From NCBI RefSeq assembly GCF_009914755.1, contig NC_060927.1: DNA of 64,000 nucleotides. One strand, given 5' to 3'. Below the pieces are notes generated by a model. That model was not told the DNA's origin, made no database searches, and saw only the letters and a program-made list of their open reading frames with translations. Made by a program: the position numbers and the translations under genes. Positions 59,061-64,000 of the stretch are shown here, piece after piece (position 1 is the first letter of the stretch; every line of letters starts with the position of its first letter). Source of the DNA: the human T2T-CHM13v2.0 reference genome, Homo sapiens.

Positions 59061-59969
59061 GAACTTCCAGAAGTTAGAGTGAGGATATCTGTAAATTTTT
59101 TCCCTCATAAAAGAAATGAAAACACTGCCAAACTATGAAAATCAAATAATTCAGCACGCTTAAAATTAACCAAAGGCACACACACACACACACACATACA
59201 CACACACATACCTGGAAAGCATATTTCAGGAAAAAGTACTGAACCTTAATATGAACAGTGAGGTCTTTGTCATTTTACATAGGGTTATTCCTACCTCCAT
59301 GCTCCAACTCCATGATGAGATAGTCATAAAAAGCTGGCCAGCCCACAGCCAACAAAAGGGACTTACTCCTTTTCAGGCTTGGTTAAGAGCCCCATTGTTA
59401 GAAAATAGGCAAATGTTTGATTAAATTTTCACCTCCGTTGAAAAAATCCATTCCCAGTCTTGGCATTTGATCTTATGCCAAGCTTCACTGCATGGAAAAC
59501 ACCTTATTTCCAGTGGCTTATGGTAAACAGTAGTGATCAGTAAGAACAGATAAAGGCTAGAATATGACTCTGAGATGGGGACGTTTTAAGAAAATCTTTT
59601 GAGACATGCAAAGAAATAGGAAGGTATGGCCCATACATAGTGCGTGTGGTAGTGATGGGGATACCTGTTAAATGAAAAAGTCACTGAGGGATCCAGATAT
59701 TGGACTTATTATACAATGACTCTAAATCAGCAATTATAAACATTTTAAACAACTAAAAAAAGTATATTTAAAAATTAAGGGAAGGTATGGCAATAATATC
59801 TCACCAAATAAAGAGTAACAATAAACAAAAATATTTTATAATAGAAATGAATAGAAATTTGGGGTTGAAAAGTACAACAACTAAAATGAAAATTCTCTGG
59901 AGATGTTGAAACTATAAGCTTGTAGAAGAAGGAATTATCAAACCAGATTTGTCAATATCTGAAGAATAG

Positions 59970-60270
<301 letters not shown>

Positions 60271-60395
60271 CAAACATTTTTAAGAAGAAACACTTTTAGT
60301 TTCCTCTGGCATACTATCAAGCAAATCAAAATAGGTACAATATAAATTACAAAAGCAGAAGACAAAGAAAATAATCAGAAAAAAATATATATATG

Positions 60396-60717
60396 AGCTG
60401 GGAGATGGTGGCTTAAGCCTGTAATCACAGCATTTTGAGAGTCTGAGGCAAGAAGACCACTTGAGGCCAGGAGTTCAAGACCAGTCTGGGCTACATAGCA
60501 AGACCTTGTTGCCAAAATAAATTGTTTTTAAACATAGCTAGGCATGGTGATGTGCGTCTGTAGTCCTAGCTACTCAGGAGGCTGAAGCAAGAAGATTGCT
60601 TTAGCCTAGTAGTTCTAAGCTGCAGTGATCCATGATTGCACTAATGCACCACATAGCCTGGGTGAAAGAGCAAGATCCTATCTCAAATAAACAAACAAAC
60701 AAACAACAACAACGAAA
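60396..60717 (+). mobile_element. AluJ, diverged
   Basis: CACTTGAGGCCAGGAGTTCAAGACCAGTCTGGG, AGATTGCTTTAGCCTAG, CAAA/CAA tail. Confidence 0.9.
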
Positions 60718-61544
60718 ATGTAAATAAATTATAGTCAAAACTTTATGAAATCTGATTTTTAAAAACACATTAATATCACATCTAAGAAGTTCCAATGAAC
60801 TCCTAATAGGATAAACTCAGAGATCTACACATTGACACATCATAGTAAAACTGTCAAAGTCAAAAACAAGAAGAAAATTTCTAAGCAGCAGAAAAAGATG
60901 GTTGCTTATGCACAAGGCATCTTCAATAATAGCAAATTGCTGACTTCTCATCAGAAACTATAGAGGCCATAAGACTGTAAAATGATATACTCAATGGACC
61001 TAAAAGAAAATGGTTGTCAACTAAGAATTCTATACCCAGCAAAACCATCCTTCACAAATGGAGAAATAAACACTCTCTCAGATTAAAAAAAGGCCTAGAG
61101 AATGTATCACCAACAGACTTGTACTGAAAGCTAATGAATTGTAGGATACTAGATGATAAATTGAATTCAAATAAGGAAATAAAGATCATAAGCAAATGTA
61201 ATTATATGAGTAAATATGAAAGACAGCATACATACAATTTTGTTTTTAACCTTTATTACCCTCACTACCATAGAATACAAAATTAAATAAAGTCAAGTAA
61301 AAAAAGTAACTTTCTGAATTCGAGCAGAAAGTAACATATTTCTAGAAATACAACATGCTATTCTTAGGTCCATCCACTAAACAATTATAGAAACAATTAA
61401 ATCTCAACTGTATTAATACCATAATACTGAGCATTCTGAGTAGCCATGGTAAAGTTTGTAAATATCATTTACCATTAAATGGAGAAAAATTCCTAGGAGA
61501 AATGACTGATGTCAACTCCATAACAGGAAGTATATAAGATAACC

Positions 61545-64000
<2,456 letters not shown>

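Overview
This is primate (probably human) non-coding DNA: AT-rich, CpG-depleted and dominated by transposable elements. I found no credible protein-coding gene, RNA gene, CpG island or CRISPR-like array. The long ORFs in the track come from L1, LTR, Alu or simple repeats, and none of the short ones looks like a host gene. The main elements are: a MER52 solo LTR with 4-bp TSD (5775-7332); a nested stack in which an old L1/HAL1-like element holds an LTR16 solo LTR that is split by a ~9.3-kb MER57-family ERV1 provirus (14818-24074, TSD ACTA, gag/integrase/env remnants), itself invaded by a young L1PA2/3 and three Alus; a full-length but dead L1PA7/8 (28520-35025) that keeps an open antisense ORF0-like frame; a Tigger3b; a complete THE1A provirus; MLT1, MLT2 and LTR33 remnants; and 11 Alus or Alu fragments. 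The most unusual signals are several templated or fold-back insertion scars, two of them in L1 ORF1, and three closely spaced inverted Alu pairs. The sequence does not support a new biological system. Repeat family names come from my recollection of consensus sequences and were not checked with RepeatMasker/Dfam.
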